Of a stretch of 64,000 nt of DNA, positions 17,644 to 26,821 are shown one piece after another (the stretch's first letter is position 1; the number at the start of each line of letters is the position of its first letter). The notes beneath the pieces were generated by a model that worked only from the letters and a program-made list of their open reading frames with translations, searched no databases and had not been told where the DNA came from. The stretch lies in NCBI GenBank assembly GCA_023473585.1, contig JAMCYU010000001.1:2507-66506 (forward strand), read 5' to 3'. Origin of the DNA: Patescibacteria group bacterium (lineage in GTDB: Bacteria > Patescibacteriota > Microgenomatia > JAMCYU01). Made by a program: the position numbers and the translations under genes.

Positions 17644-18996
17644 TTACCCCTCCAATTTCTTTAAAAAATATTCTTTTAATAAATCAATTTTCACTCTTTC
17701 CTGTTTGGTCGTGTCTCTATCCCTCACCGTCACGGCCTGATCCTTAAGTGTTTCAAAATCGACGGTTACACACCAGGGGGTCCCGATTTCATCCTGAGCA
17801 AAATAACGCTTACCGATGTTGCCCCGATCGTCCCAAGCAACATAGAACTGGGTTCGGAGTTCAGAGTAGATATCACGGGCCGCTTTAATCAATTCGGGTT
17901 TATTGGCCAAAAGCGGGAAAACGGCAACCTTGTAAGGCGCCAGTTTGGGATTAATTTTTAAAACAACCCGGCCGTTATCCTCATGATAGGCGTCAATTAA
18001 AAGAAACAGCGTCGCCCGATCAACTCCGCCCGAAGTTTCGATAACCCAGGGCGTATACTCCTCCCCAGTCGTTTCGTCTTTATAGGTCAGTTTATGGTTA
18101 CCCAAATCAAAATCGCCCCGGTGATGAATCCCCTCAAACTCACTCCACCCAAACGGCGCTTGGTATTCAATATCCTCGGCTTTTCGGGCGTAATGAGCCC
18201 GTTCGTCGGGAGCATGTTCCCGAAAACGCAGGTTTTCTTTTTTAATCCCCAGCGACAAATACCAGTTTAGTCTTTGTTCCTTCCAATAATTAAAAATTTG
18301 CTCGCCTTCTTTTTCTTCGGGCTTAATAAAATACTCAAGTTCCATCTGTTCAAATTCCCTGGAACGGAAAGTAAAGTTCCCTGGGGTGATTTCGTTTCTG
18401 AAGGCTTTACCGATTTGCGCAATCCCAAAGGGAATTTTAATTCTGGTTGAGGAAACGACGTTTTTAAAATTGACAAAAACGCCCTGGGTAATTTCTCCCC
18501 GCAGATAAGCTTTAGTTTTATCAACTACTCCAAAATAAGTTTCGACTAATAAATTAAAATCTCGTGGTTTATATTCTTTTTCTCCTTTGGACAAAATTCT
18601 AAGATAATCTCCCTCAAAATCATGTCCCCCACTCGGACAAGGAGTATTACTTGGAATTTTTATATATTCTTTATAAATTATTGCTCCTGGTATCTTATCG
18701 ACCCTGAACCTTTTATTACATACTTTACACTCTATCATCATGTCTGAGAAATGTTTCGTATGCCCCGATGCTTCCCAAACCTGGGGATTCATAATAATGG
18801 CGGCATCCAAACCCACCATGTCATCCCTTTGGTAAACCATGCTCTTCCACCATTCCTTTTTAAGATTATTCTTAAGTTCGACTCCCAAAGGCCCATAGTC
18901 CCAAAAGCCGCCAAAACCGCCGTAAATTTCGCTGCCGGGAAAAATAAAACCCCGCCTTTTACAAAGAGCAGTAATTTTTTCCATTAAATCAGACAT
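17644..18996 (-). CDS. glyQS: Glycine--tRNA ligase, homodimeric (alpha2) type
   Basis: KRRGFIFPGSEIYGG, DYGPLG, WEASGH, AQIGKAFRNEITP, REFEQME, IGKRYFAQDEIGTP. Confidence 0.96.
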   Translation of the reverse strand: MSDLMEKITALCKRRGFIFPGSEIYGGFGGFWDYGPLGVELKNNLKKEWWKSMVYQRDDMVGLDAAIIMNPQVWEASGHTKHFSDMMIECKVCNKRFRVDKIPGAIIYKEYIKIPSNTPCPSGGHDFEGDYLRILSKGEKEYKPRDFNLLVETYFGVVDKTKAYLRGEITQGVFVNFKNVVSSTRIKIPFGIAQIGKAFRNEITPGNFTFRSREFEQMELEYFIKPEEKEGEQIFNYWKEQRLNWYLSLGIKKENLRFREHAPDERAHYARKAEDIEYQAPFGWSEFEGIHHRGDFDLGNHKLTYKDETTGEEYTPWVIETSGGVDRATLFLLIDAYHEDNGRVVLKINPKLAPYKVAVFPLLANKPELIKAARDIYSELRTQFYVAWDDRGNIGKRYFAQDEIGTPWCVTVDFETLKDQAVTVRDRDTTKQERVKIDLLKEYFLKKLEG

Positions 18997-19010
18997 AAAC
19001 TAAATATAAC

Positions 19011-19556
19011 TTATTCCCCTATTTTTCTCAAGAGACGCTGGCTTTTGATTTTTCTCTCCAAAAGATTTTCAATAAAGCTTTCAAGATCGAAGCCTTCTAA
19101 TCTTTTGTCTTTTGCCAAAAAGCCTAAATTCCACAAAAGCCGGCAGCTGAAATCATCTTTCAGATTATCGTCGCCGGCAATTTCTAATTTTTTAAACGCT
19201 TCTATTATTAAATTAAAAACTTCCTGATTTTCCTCTCTTTCGGCACAAAGACCATCAACCAATTCACAAAAATAATAAGCGAGGCTGATTTTTTTCAAAT
19301 CTTTTCTGATTCCTTGAAAGGAATTGACCGTTTCTGCTTCGGTCACAATATCCAGATTTTTACCCGCAGCTAAAAAAAGATTGCTCAGATTAAAAAGTTC
19401 CAGATGGGCGGATTTCCGACTGATCGTTTTTCTTATCCCCGGAGCCCGAACGCGAATTTTGCCGTAATGTTTGGTAAATAAAATTAAAATCCGGTCTGCC
19501 TCCCCGAAATTTTTTCTGGCAAGAATAACGGCTTGGGTTTTATAAGTACGATCCAT
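19011..19556 (-). CDS. recO: DNA repair protein RecO (short form)
   Basis: From ATG 19556: MDRTYKTQAVILARKNFGEADRIL..FTKHYGKI...GIRK; no Zn-finger C-terminus. Confidence 0.9.
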   Translation of the reverse strand: MDRTYKTQAVILARKNFGEADRILILFTKHYGKIRVRAPGIRKTISRKSAHLELFNLSNLFLAAGKNLDIVTEAETVNSFQGIRKDLKKISLAYYFCELVDGLCAEREENQEVFNLIIEAFKKLEIAGDDNLKDDFSCRLLWNLGFLAKDKRLEGFDLESFIENLLERKIKSQRLLRKIGE

Positions 19557-19569
19557 TTGGGTGGGCTGG

Positions 19570-21501
19570 TTATAGGGCGAATTTAAGTTCTTTATCGGTT
19601 TTAAGAGGGAATTTATCCTGTTCCTGACCGTTAACAAAGAGTGTGTATTCGTTGGCGTCCGTACCGGGTTGTTTTTGGATGAGAAGTTTTAAATCTTTGC
19701 TGTTTTTTTCCACCTTAAAAGGTAATTTATACTTGACAACAACCTGAGCCGTTCCTTGAGGTTTAATCGTTAAAAAGCCTTCAAAATAGGTTTTTCCGTA
19801 AGCCTCACTGACTACGGCCTTGTCTTCCGAACCCTTAAGGTCAATAAGTTCACTTCCTTTGGGAACATAAACCCGCAGCCAGTTAAGCATCGGCCCGTTT
19901 AAGCATAAACCGCCCCGTTCAAGATTACAACCCGGAGAATTGGCAGCGGGATTTTTGTAGGTGATCGTCACCGTCTTGACGAGGGAACCGTCGCCTTGTT
20001 TTTCATATTCCTGCTTAACCGACTGTTGGACAAACATATTTGACTTGGCTCCCCCTAAATTGGCATCGTTAACATAAAGATAGTCACCGTCAAAATCTCT
20101 GATTCTCCCGCCTAAATTAAAGGATTCAACGCCTTTTTGAGCCGTTTCGTCGTGCATGTAAACTAAAATATGTTTTTCCTGGATTTCCTGAAGTCCCATT
20201 TGGAATAATTTCCCCCAATACTGTCCCGGGGAAACACCCAGGGCTTTTTGCATAATCTGGTAAAGTAAAACGCCCAAGATGTCTTTTCTGTTTTCTCTGG
20301 TGTGGCCGACTCTTTGCCCGGCGTATTCTTCAAGCTCGTAAATGACATTGGGACAGCCGTCGCAGCGTTTGTCCGGCTCGACGGTAAAATTGGTATTATA
20401 GGCAGGGATCGGACCCAAAATTTTCATGGCCTCGACTAAAACATGGGTATCGACGGTAATGATACCGTCGTAATTTAATTTCCCGTAAATTGACTTATAG
20501 ATATCCTCAAACTTTTGCATCGAAACGGAAAAATCAGGTTCAAAATTACTGTCTCTTAAGAAAAGTTTTGTGACTTTAAGATTCTCGGCAATTGGCTTTG
20601 GCGCGGGAAATTTACCGGGATTTAGGCTGTCAAGTTTATAAATATCGTCAGCGATTTCCGCTTTCATTTTCCCTTTTTCAATCTTGAAAAGAGCGTAGGC
20701 CGTAATAAAACCGCCCGTTGGCCGTAATTCTTTATCATTTTGGAAAAGAATTAAATACCTTTTCGCTTCCGGTTCTCCCAAAAGTCCCGGGGCAATTTCC
20801 AAAAGCGGCTTTGAAGTAATAAAAAGACTGGTGGTTTCTTTAATTAGACTTTTAAATTTGGCAATTTGGCTTTTAGGTGCAAATTTATTAAGCTTTTCAG
20901 GATATCTGTTTTCGTCAATTTCGGCGATTTCCCGATTAATAATTTCCAGTTTTTGGGAAAATTCGCCTAATTTCGGCGTTAACTTATCCATGGTCGCCAC
21001 CGCCGTTTGAATCCGCTCGTCGGTTGACTTTGAAACAAAAGTCGAACCCCCTTTAAGACCTAAAAGGTCGGTATAGGGCAAAATCGCCTCAATCGCTATT
21101 TGTCCCGACTCAACCCCGGCCAAACCGGCCCTAATGAGGTGATCACCATCCCGCCAATAACTTCCCAAAAGGGGGAGATTTTTTGTCCAGGATAAAGCCT
21201 GGTATTTATTTTGAGTCAGTAGAAGTTCTGCGTGAGTACTTTTAAGTTTTCCTTTAGCCGCATCAATATCCTGATTTTTCAAAACATCGTAGGTTTCTCT
21301 GGCAACTTTGTAGGTCACCAATCCTTGATTGTAAACGGTTCTTAACGGTAAAACGACCGTAAAAAATATTACCAAACCTATAAGGACGAAGACGCCAAGA
21401 AAAGAAAATAGCTTCTTTTTAGAAAGTCTCAAGGAAAATCTCCCTTTGGGTTTTATCTTAACTTCGGTTTCTAAATTAATCTGGGGAATATTTTCGTCCA
21501 T
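19570..21501 (-). CDS. DUF4012-like membrane-anchored extracellular protein
   Basis: N-terminal TM, helical stalk, LILFQNDKELRPTGGFI, RDSNFEPDF, NLGGAKSN, WLRVYVP, QKQPG. Confidence 0.8.
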   Translation of the reverse strand: MDENIPQINLETEVKIKPKGRFSLRLSKKKLFSFLGVFVLIGLVIFFTVVLPLRTVYNQGLVTYKVARETYDVLKNQDIDAAKGKLKSTHAELLLTQNKYQALSWTKNLPLLGSYWRDGDHLIRAGLAGVESGQIAIEAILPYTDLLGLKGGSTFVSKSTDERIQTAVATMDKLTPKLGEFSQKLEIINREIAEIDENRYPEKLNKFAPKSQIAKFKSLIKETTSLFITSKPLLEIAPGLLGEPEAKRYLILFQNDKELRPTGGFITAYALFKIEKGKMKAEIADDIYKLDSLNPGKFPAPKPIAENLKVTKLFLRDSNFEPDFSVSMQKFEDIYKSIYGKLNYDGIITVDTHVLVEAMKILGPIPAYNTNFTVEPDKRCDGCPNVIYELEEYAGQRVGHTRENRKDILGVLLYQIMQKALGVSPGQYWGKLFQMGLQEIQEKHILVYMHDETAQKGVESFNLGGRIRDFDGDYLYVNDANLGGAKSNMFVQQSVKQEYEKQGDGSLVKTVTITYKNPAANSPGCNLERGGLCLNGPMLNWLRVYVPKGSELIDLKGSEDKAVVSEAYGKTYFEGFLTIKPQGTAQVVVKYKLPFKVEKNSKDLKLLIQKQPGTDANEYTLFVNGQEQDKFPLKTDKELKFAL

Positions 21502-21536
21502 ATTTCTATCTTAAAGGGTAAATTTAAAATTGTAAA
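21502..21536 (-). promoter_or_regulatory. Sigma70 promoter, probably leaderless, for the DUF4012-recO-glyQS unit
   Basis: Minus strand TTTACA, N17, TAAGAT, N6, ATG. Confidence 0.55.
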
Positions 21537-21546
21537 TTGGCAATTT

Positions 21547-22185
21547 TTAAATCGCCCCTCTTCCTGAAATCATCGCCCAGGGACTTTTAATTAAAATCAA
21601 AAGGTCGTCTAAAAGATTGCGTCTGTTCACGTATTCGGCATCCATACAGATTCTTTTGTCGAAATTGACTTCCGACCTGCCGGAAACCTGCCAGGCTCCC
21701 GTAATCCCAGGCTTGACGGAAAGAACAATCTTAACCAGTTTTTGCGTTTGGGGATATTTTTTTTGCTGGTCTTCCAGTTCATCAGGATAGTATGGTCTTG
21801 GCCCAACCAAACTCATGTCTCCTTTTAAAACATTAATTAATTGTGGGATTTCGTCCAAAGAATGCTTCCTGATAAATTTACCAACTCTGGTCACCCGGGG
21901 ATCTTCTTTAAGTTTGTAACTTTCTTTCTTATATTGCTCGTAAAGATCTTTAAGTTGCGGATTGGTTCTTAAAAGTTTATGGGCATTAACAATCATGGAG
22001 CGGAACTTGTAAAGCTTAAAAAGCTTGCCGTTTTGACCAACCCGTTTGGGTGTGTCAGCCAGTATCGGACCAGGAGAATCCAATTTAATGGCGATAGCCG
22101 TCACCAAACAAATGGGGGAAAAAATAAGACCCAAAATAAGGGCGCCTAAAATATCAATCGTTCTTTTTAAAAAATCAAAAGACAT
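21547..22185 (-). CDS. Priming phosphoglycosyl transferase (Bac_transf, minimal PglC/WcaJ-type)
   Basis: KRTIDI, IKLDSPGP, KFRSM, DPRVTRVGKFIRKHSLDEIPQLINVLKGDMSLVGPRP, KPGITGAWQVSGRS. Confidence 0.93.
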   Translation of the reverse strand: MSFDFLKRTIDILGALILGLIFSPICLVTAIAIKLDSPGPILADTPKRVGQNGKLFKLYKFRSMIVNAHKLLRTNPQLKDLYEQYKKESYKLKEDPRVTRVGKFIRKHSLDEIPQLINVLKGDMSLVGPRPYYPDELEDQQKKYPQTQKLVKIVLSVKPGITGAWQVSGRSEVNFDKRICMDAEYVNRRNLLDDLLILIKSPWAMISGRGAI

Positions 22186-22191
22186 ATTAAA

Positions 22192-23274
22192 CTAAGTTAA
22201 ATGACTGTTTTCGGTGCCGGAAATCTCTTCGACTAATTTTTTAATTTTCGGAACCGAATTTTTATGACAGACCAAAACAACGTCATTGGTATTAATCACC
22301 AAATGCCCGTCAAGATCAATCGTGGTTACCAGCTGGTTAGTATAGTTATAAACCAAACAGTCCCGGCAGTCTTTTAAAAGCACTTTGCCAGAGGTCACGT
22401 TTTGCTCTGTTGAGGTTTGCAGAGCTTCTTTTAAAGCTTCCCAGGCGCCAACATCACTCCATTCTAAATTTTCAGAAATAACAAGGGCGGTTTTGGGATC
22501 TAGTTTTTCTAAAATCGCGTTGTCGAAGCTAATTTTTTCGATTTGCGGATAAATTTTATTGAGAATCGTTTTAAATTCCGCTGTTCCCCAGGCAGTTTGA
22601 ATCAAAGATAGGTCATGAAACATTTTCGGAACCGAATTTTTATATTGATTCCATAAAAATCTCGGGGTGGTGACGAAATAACCCAAATTCCAGGAATGGC
22701 GTCCGCTTCTAAAATATTTTTCCGCCAAATCAAGTTCGGGACGGTAGCGAAAACTTTTAAATTTATAAATTTCAACGTCGTCTTCTTTGTCAATTCTTAC
22801 GCCATGTTCAATCCAGCCTAAATTTTGACTGGCAAAACGGGGCTTTTGGCCAATAAAAATTATCTTTTGGGGATTTTTGATGATTCTTTTTTCCGCTGTT
22901 TTTAAGATTTTTCTAAAAAACTCTTCTTTTTTCACCAAGTGATCACTCCAAAGAATAACCATGGGAGTATCGGGTGATTCTTTGGCTAAAATAGCCGTCG
23001 CTAAACCGACGGCTGGACCAACATCACGCATTTGGGGTTCACCAATAATATTTTCTCGCGGTAGTTTTGGTAATTGCTGTTGAACTAATTTAATATAGTC
23101 GCTGCCGGTAGAAATATAAATGTCTTTCCATCCAAAGTCGGGAAATAAACGGTCAACTGCCAGCTGTAAGGTTGATTTTTCGCCGATGACTTTTTCAAAC
23201 TGTTTAGGATATGATTTCCGCGATAAGGGCCAAAGCCTTGTTCCTACACCTCCGGCAAAAATAACCGCTTTCAT
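22192..23274 (-). CDS. manC: Mannose-1-phosphate guanylyltransferase
   Basis: AGGVGTRLWPLSR..PKQF, EP, SDH, ISFDNAILEK, WSDVGAW. Confidence 0.88.
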   Translation of the reverse strand: MKAVIFAGGVGTRLWPLSRKSYPKQFEKVIGEKSTLQLAVDRLFPDFGWKDIYISTGSDYIKLVQQQLPKLPRENIIGEPQMRDVGPAVGLATAILAKESPDTPMVILWSDHLVKKEEFFRKILKTAEKRIIKNPQKIIFIGQKPRFASQNLGWIEHGVRIDKEDDVEIYKFKSFRYRPELDLAEKYFRSGRHSWNLGYFVTTPRFLWNQYKNSVPKMFHDLSLIQTAWGTAEFKTILNKIYPQIEKISFDNAILEKLDPKTALVISENLEWSDVGAWEALKEALQTSTEQNVTSGKVLLKDCRDCLVYNYTNQLVTTIDLDGHLVINTNDVVLVCHKNSVPKIKKLVEEISGTENSHLT

Positions 23275-24356
23275 TGACTGACTCCTTCCATAAATTTCTT
23301 AAAGTTTTTTTGGAAATTTTCTTTCGAAAATTTTTCCGCTTGTTTTCGACAAACCTCGGGACGGTATTTTTGCTCCGCAAAAACCCTCACGACTTTTTCT
23401 AAAGCTTGGGCTTCTTGCGGTGAAAAAAATTCTCCGGTCACGCCCGCAACAACTGTCTCTAAAGCTCCTCCGCCTTGATAGGCAATGACCGGTTTCCCAC
23501 AAGCCAAAGCTTCGATTGGTACCAAACCAAAATCTTCTTCGCCGGGCAAGATAATTGCCCGACAATTTTGATAGTAAGATAAAAGTTGACTGTCTGTCAA
23601 ATTTTGGCCTAAAAATTCAATGTTTCCCCTTGCCATTAGTTTTAATTTTTTTTCTTCAACGCCAGATCCGATAATTTTTAAGGGCAAGCCTAATTTATTG
23701 AAAGCCTCAATCGCAATGTCTATCCTTTTATAAGGAACTAGTCTTGAAACCACGAGGAAAAATTTTGACTTTTGTTCGTCAGCTGGCGGTTTGAACTTAT
23801 TGATGTCTGCGGGTGGATAAATCACTTCTGCCTCCCGTCCATAATATTTTTTAAGACGCTTCGCCACGTTCTTTGAAATCACAAGGTAGATATCTGGTCT
23901 GGCACTGGCAATTTGATCCCAAATTCTTAGTTTCGTAACTAAAGGTTTCGTTACCATCCTCCATAAAGAATTCTTAAAGTAGTCCTCATACGATTGCCAA
24001 AGATACCGTGTCGGCGTTAGACAATAACAAAGATGTTCTGTTTTGGGCGTCGTGATAATACCCTTGGCGGCTTCAGAGGTCACCGAAATCACCAGATCAT
24101 ACTTATTAAAATCAAAGCTTTCAAAAGCCAAAGGCATTAAGGGAGCATAAAACTCGTGGTGTTTTTTGGCAAAGGGAAAATTTTGTAAAAATGAGGGGAT
24201 AATTTTTGGGAAAACGCTGGCCCACGGCGCCCCTTCAGGATCATAAACAGAAGTATAAAGCGGCGCTTGGGGATAGATCTCGTGTAAAGCTAAAAGAAGT
24301 CTTTCGGCCCCGCCAATTTTGTTGACGCGGTCGTAAACTAAGGCAATCTCCATCAC
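23271..24356 (-). CDS. GT4 glycosyltransferase (WbaZ-like, probable mannosyltransferase)
   Basis: GGAER, CYCLTPTRYLW, VSRLVPYKR, EEDFGLVPIEA; adjacent to manC. Confidence 0.88.
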   Translation of the reverse strand: MMEIALVYDRVNKIGGAERLLLALHEIYPQAPLYTSVYDPEGAPWASVFPKIIPSFLQNFPFAKKHHEFYAPLMPLAFESFDFNKYDLVISVTSEAAKGIITTPKTEHLCYCLTPTRYLWQSYEDYFKNSLWRMVTKPLVTKLRIWDQIASARPDIYLVISKNVAKRLKKYYGREAEVIYPPADINKFKPPADEQKSKFFLVVSRLVPYKRIDIAIEAFNKLGLPLKIIGSGVEEKKLKLMARGNIEFLGQNLTDSQLLSYYQNCRAIILPGEEDFGLVPIEALACGKPVIAYQGGGALETVVAGVTGEFFSPQEAQALEKVVRVFAEQKYRPEVCRKQAEKFSKENFQKNFKKFMEGVSQ

Positions 24357-24371
24357 CCACTTATTTTAACA
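24357..24371 (-). promoter_or_regulatory. Extended -10 promoter, probably leaderless
   Basis: Minus strand TGtTAAAAT, N6, GTG ATG. Confidence 0.5.
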
Positions 24372-24381
24372 GATTTGCAGC

Positions 24382-24840
24382 TCAAAGAAAAAATTCGACC
24401 TTATCCCCAATCTCAATCTTAAGCTTTTTTATCAAACCCTGATTAACCTCTAAAACTTTATCAAAATTTTGTTTCGCCCTAATAATTTGCGGCTTTTCGT
24501 CTTTTTTCGGAAAAGACACGTTTTCGGAAAGATCAACCACGATGCCCTCATTAAGAAAGATAAAATCAAGATTAAATCGCATTTTGTCCATCCAAAAAGG
24601 ATAATTACCGCTTGTTCCAAAAACAAACAACATTCCGGAGTCTTTGGCTAAACTCTCTCTGTCGGACAGTCCATGAGCAATCGCCAGGGGGTCTTTGGCC
24701 ACTTCAACATAAATCGTTTCCTTCTTGATCATCACTTTTTGCCGCTTATCTTCGGAGATTATTAAAAATTTAAACCCGGCAACAAAGCCCAAAACAAGAG
24801 TCAGGAGAAAAAGAAAAATCAACCCTGAATTTTTCATCAT
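24382..24840 (-). CDS. DUF192 family protein
   Basis: N-terminal TM, VEVA, GLSDR, GMLFVF, FWMDKMRFNLDFIF, VLEVN. Confidence 0.88.
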   Translation of the reverse strand: MMKNSGLIFLFLLTLVLGFVAGFKFLIISEDKRQKVMIKKETIYVEVAKDPLAIAHGLSDRESLAKDSGMLFVFGTSGNYPFWMDKMRFNLDFIFLNEGIVVDLSENVSFPKKDEKPQIIRAKQNFDKVLEVNQGLIKKLKIEIGDKVEFFL

Positions 24841-25433
24841 AAATTACTTACCTCCTGATAGATTTTAAACGTTTCTCTGGCCAACTTATCCCAGGAATAT
24901 TTTTTAACCTGCTCTTGCCCTTTTCTGATCATTTCTTCTTTGTTCTGTTGTTTTAAAACATTAGAACAAACCATCTTAAGCTTTTCTGCTATATCCTTGG
25001 GGTTCTGGGGATCAAAGTATAAAGCTCCTTCACCGTAGATCTCTCGAAAAACCGGAATATCCGAGCAAACAACTAAGCAGCTGCTGGCCATCGCTTCTAA
25101 GCCTGGCAAACCAAAACCCTCCATTAAGGAAGGAAAAACTAGGGCCAAAGCCTTTTGGTAAAGACTCGTTAATTCTTCCCTTTTGGCCGGCCCATAGAAA
25201 CTCACCGACTCAGTTAATCCCATGACTTCAACTTTCTTCTTGAGCTGTTTGTAAAAATGGTCTTCTCCGCCGACAAGAATTAACTTAATACCCAATACTG
25301 AATACTTAATACTGGCGATTGCTTCAAGCAGGCGTTCAAGGTTTTTATGGGGATAGGCATTGCCTACATATAAAAAGTATTTGGTATTTAGTATTTGGTA
25401 TTTAGTATTTGGTATTATATTAGGCTGCTTCAT
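24837..25433 (-). CDS. GT4 glycosyltransferase, stand-alone C-terminal (nucleotide-sugar-binding) half
   Basis: FLYVGNAYPHKN, VFPSLMEGFGLPGLEAM, SDIPVFRE, YSWDK; no N-domain. ATG overlaps the preceding ORF by 14 nt. Confidence 0.85.
   Translation of the reverse strand: MKQPNIIPNTKYQILNTKYFLYVGNAYPHKNLERLLEAIASIKYSVLGIKLILVGGEDHFYKQLKKKVEVMGLTESVSFYGPAKREELTSLYQKALALVFPSLMEGFGLPGLEAMASSCLVVCSDIPVFREIYGEGALYFDPQNPKDIAEKLKMVCSNVLKQQNKEEMIRKGQEQVKKYSWDKLARETFKIYQEVSNL
25284..25313. repeat. In-frame heptamer repeat
   Basis: + strand CTTAATA CCCAATA CTGAATA CTTAATA; encodes SIKYSVLGIK. Confidence 0.75.
25376..25417. repeat. Heptamer tandem array (3 x AGTATTTGGTATTT) at the GT4 split junction
   Basis: Six consecutive units alternating AGTATTT/GGTATTT (last unit GGTATTA). 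Confidence 0.92.
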
Positions 25434-25944
25434 AAGTTACCGCTATTTTTTCCGAATTGAGATGATAGTGCTTTATAATTTCCCGTTTGGTTGTTTCCGA
25501 AACCGTGATGACCTTAACGGCCCGGTGAAGAGCAACCCACATGACCAGTTTATAACCCAACCTTTTAAGTTTATAGAGAAAAAGGGGCAAAGTCGAGGCT
25601 TTGCCGGTCTCAAAATGGTCCAGGATTAAATCATGAATGGTGACAATAAACTTTCCCGGATAAAAGATAGGCACGGAGAAATAGGGAAAATGGACAAGGT
25701 CCAATTTTTCCCGCCATAAAAGATAGGGCATGACTATTTGTTCTTTCAAGCTATGCCAGCGGATATCAATAATCATTTTTTCAAAGTTAGGTCCGGGAAG
25801 TTTAAATTCCTCAAACTCATTCTTGGCAAAGAACAAAAGATAATGGTTTTTTTGGTCAATTTTTGCCAAATTGCTTGTCAGTTCCTGAACGTAACGACCG
25901 ACACCCGTTTGTTTCCATAATCTGGCATCAATTCCGATTTTCAT
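25420..25944 (-). CDS. GT4 glycosyltransferase, stand-alone N-terminal (acceptor) half
   Basis: MKIGIDAR..QTGVGRY, DLVHFP, VTIHDLI, ITVSETTKREI; ends at IAVTYEAA-stop, the interdomain linker. Confidence 0.85.
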   Translation of the reverse strand: MKIGIDARLWKQTGVGRYVQELTSNLAKIDQKNHYLLFFAKNEFEEFKLPGPNFEKMIIDIRWHSLKEQIVMPYLLWREKLDLVHFPYFSVPIFYPGKFIVTIHDLILDHFETGKASTLPLFLYKLKRLGYKLVMWVALHRAVKVITVSETTKREIIKHYHLNSEKIAVTYEAA

Positions 25945-25956
25945 ACTAAAAACTTT

Positions 25957-26820
25957 CTAATTGTTACTTAGTGCTTTTTTTATTTCAATTCCCACCATCA
26001 TTAAAAAGTTCAGTAAAGACGGATACTTTTTTAGATAGTGTTTCCGGTAAAAGATTTTCATCGTTTCGTAAAAATATTCTTTTGTTTCTCTTCTTATCTT
26101 ATTCTCTTCACTGGCTCGGCCGCTTTGTTTTTTAAAATGGGTAATTTTTGCACCTGGATAATAAAAAATTTTAAAGCCGGCCTGTTTTATTCGGTATGAC
26201 CAATCAAGATCTTCGCCGTACATAAAATAATCCTCGTCCAGAAACCCGACTTTCTCAATAACTTCTCTTCTTAAGAAATAAAAGGCGCCGGAAGGTGAAT
26301 CAATTTCGTGAGGTTTATCAATCGGTAAGTAACCCAAATGATATTGGCCGAAAAGCCTGGATTTCGGAAAAAGTTTTTCCAGGCCCAAAAAATACGATAA
26401 AGAAGCCCACGGCGTGGGAAAACCCCGATGACACGCCGGATCAAGAGAGCCGTCGGGAAATTCCACCCGACAGGTGGCGACACCAATTTGAGGGTTTTCC
26501 TCCATAAATTTTAGCATCTTATGGATCGTATCTTTTTCCAAAAGCGTATCCGAATTTAAAAGTAAAATAAATTTTCCTGTTGCTTTTTTAAGACCAAGAT
26601 TATTGCCTTTGGCAAACCCCAAATTCTTTCCATTTTCGATAATCTGTATTTTCTCGTCTTCAACCTTAATGCTTTCTACTGAATTATCCGTTGAGCCGTT
26701 ATCCACCACGATAATCTCAACACTCTCTAGTCCTTTAACCGCTGCCTCAACCGATTGTAAGCAGCGAATGACTAAATCTTTGGTATTATAGCTAAGAACG
26801 ATAATTGAGAGTTTGATCAT
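25957..26820 (-). CDS. GT2 glycosyltransferase (WbbL/rhamnosyltransferase-like)
   Basis: SIIVLSYN, VVDNGSTD, NLGFAKGNN, LLNSD, FMYGEDLDW; likely start ATG 26820. Confidence 0.9.
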   Translation of the reverse strand: MIKLSIIVLSYNTKDLVIRCLQSVEAAVKGLESVEIIVVDNGSTDNSVESIKVEDEKIQIIENGKNLGFAKGNNLGLKKATGKFILLLNSDTLLEKDTIHKMLKFMEENPQIGVATCRVEFPDGSLDPACHRGFPTPWASLSYFLGLEKLFPKSRLFGQYHLGYLPIDKPHEIDSPSGAFYFLRREVIEKVGFLDEDYFMYGEDLDWSYRIKQAGFKIFYYPGAKITHFKKQSGRASEENKIRRETKEYFYETMKIFYRKHYLKKYPSLLNFLMMVGIEIKKALSNN

Positions 26821-26821
26821 T

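Noticed and set aside
25376-25417. Repeat array as CRISPR or as a simple on/off slippage switch
   Set aside because: There are no spacers or cas genes, and the N-half stop codon precedes the array, so changing unit number cannot re-fuse the gene.
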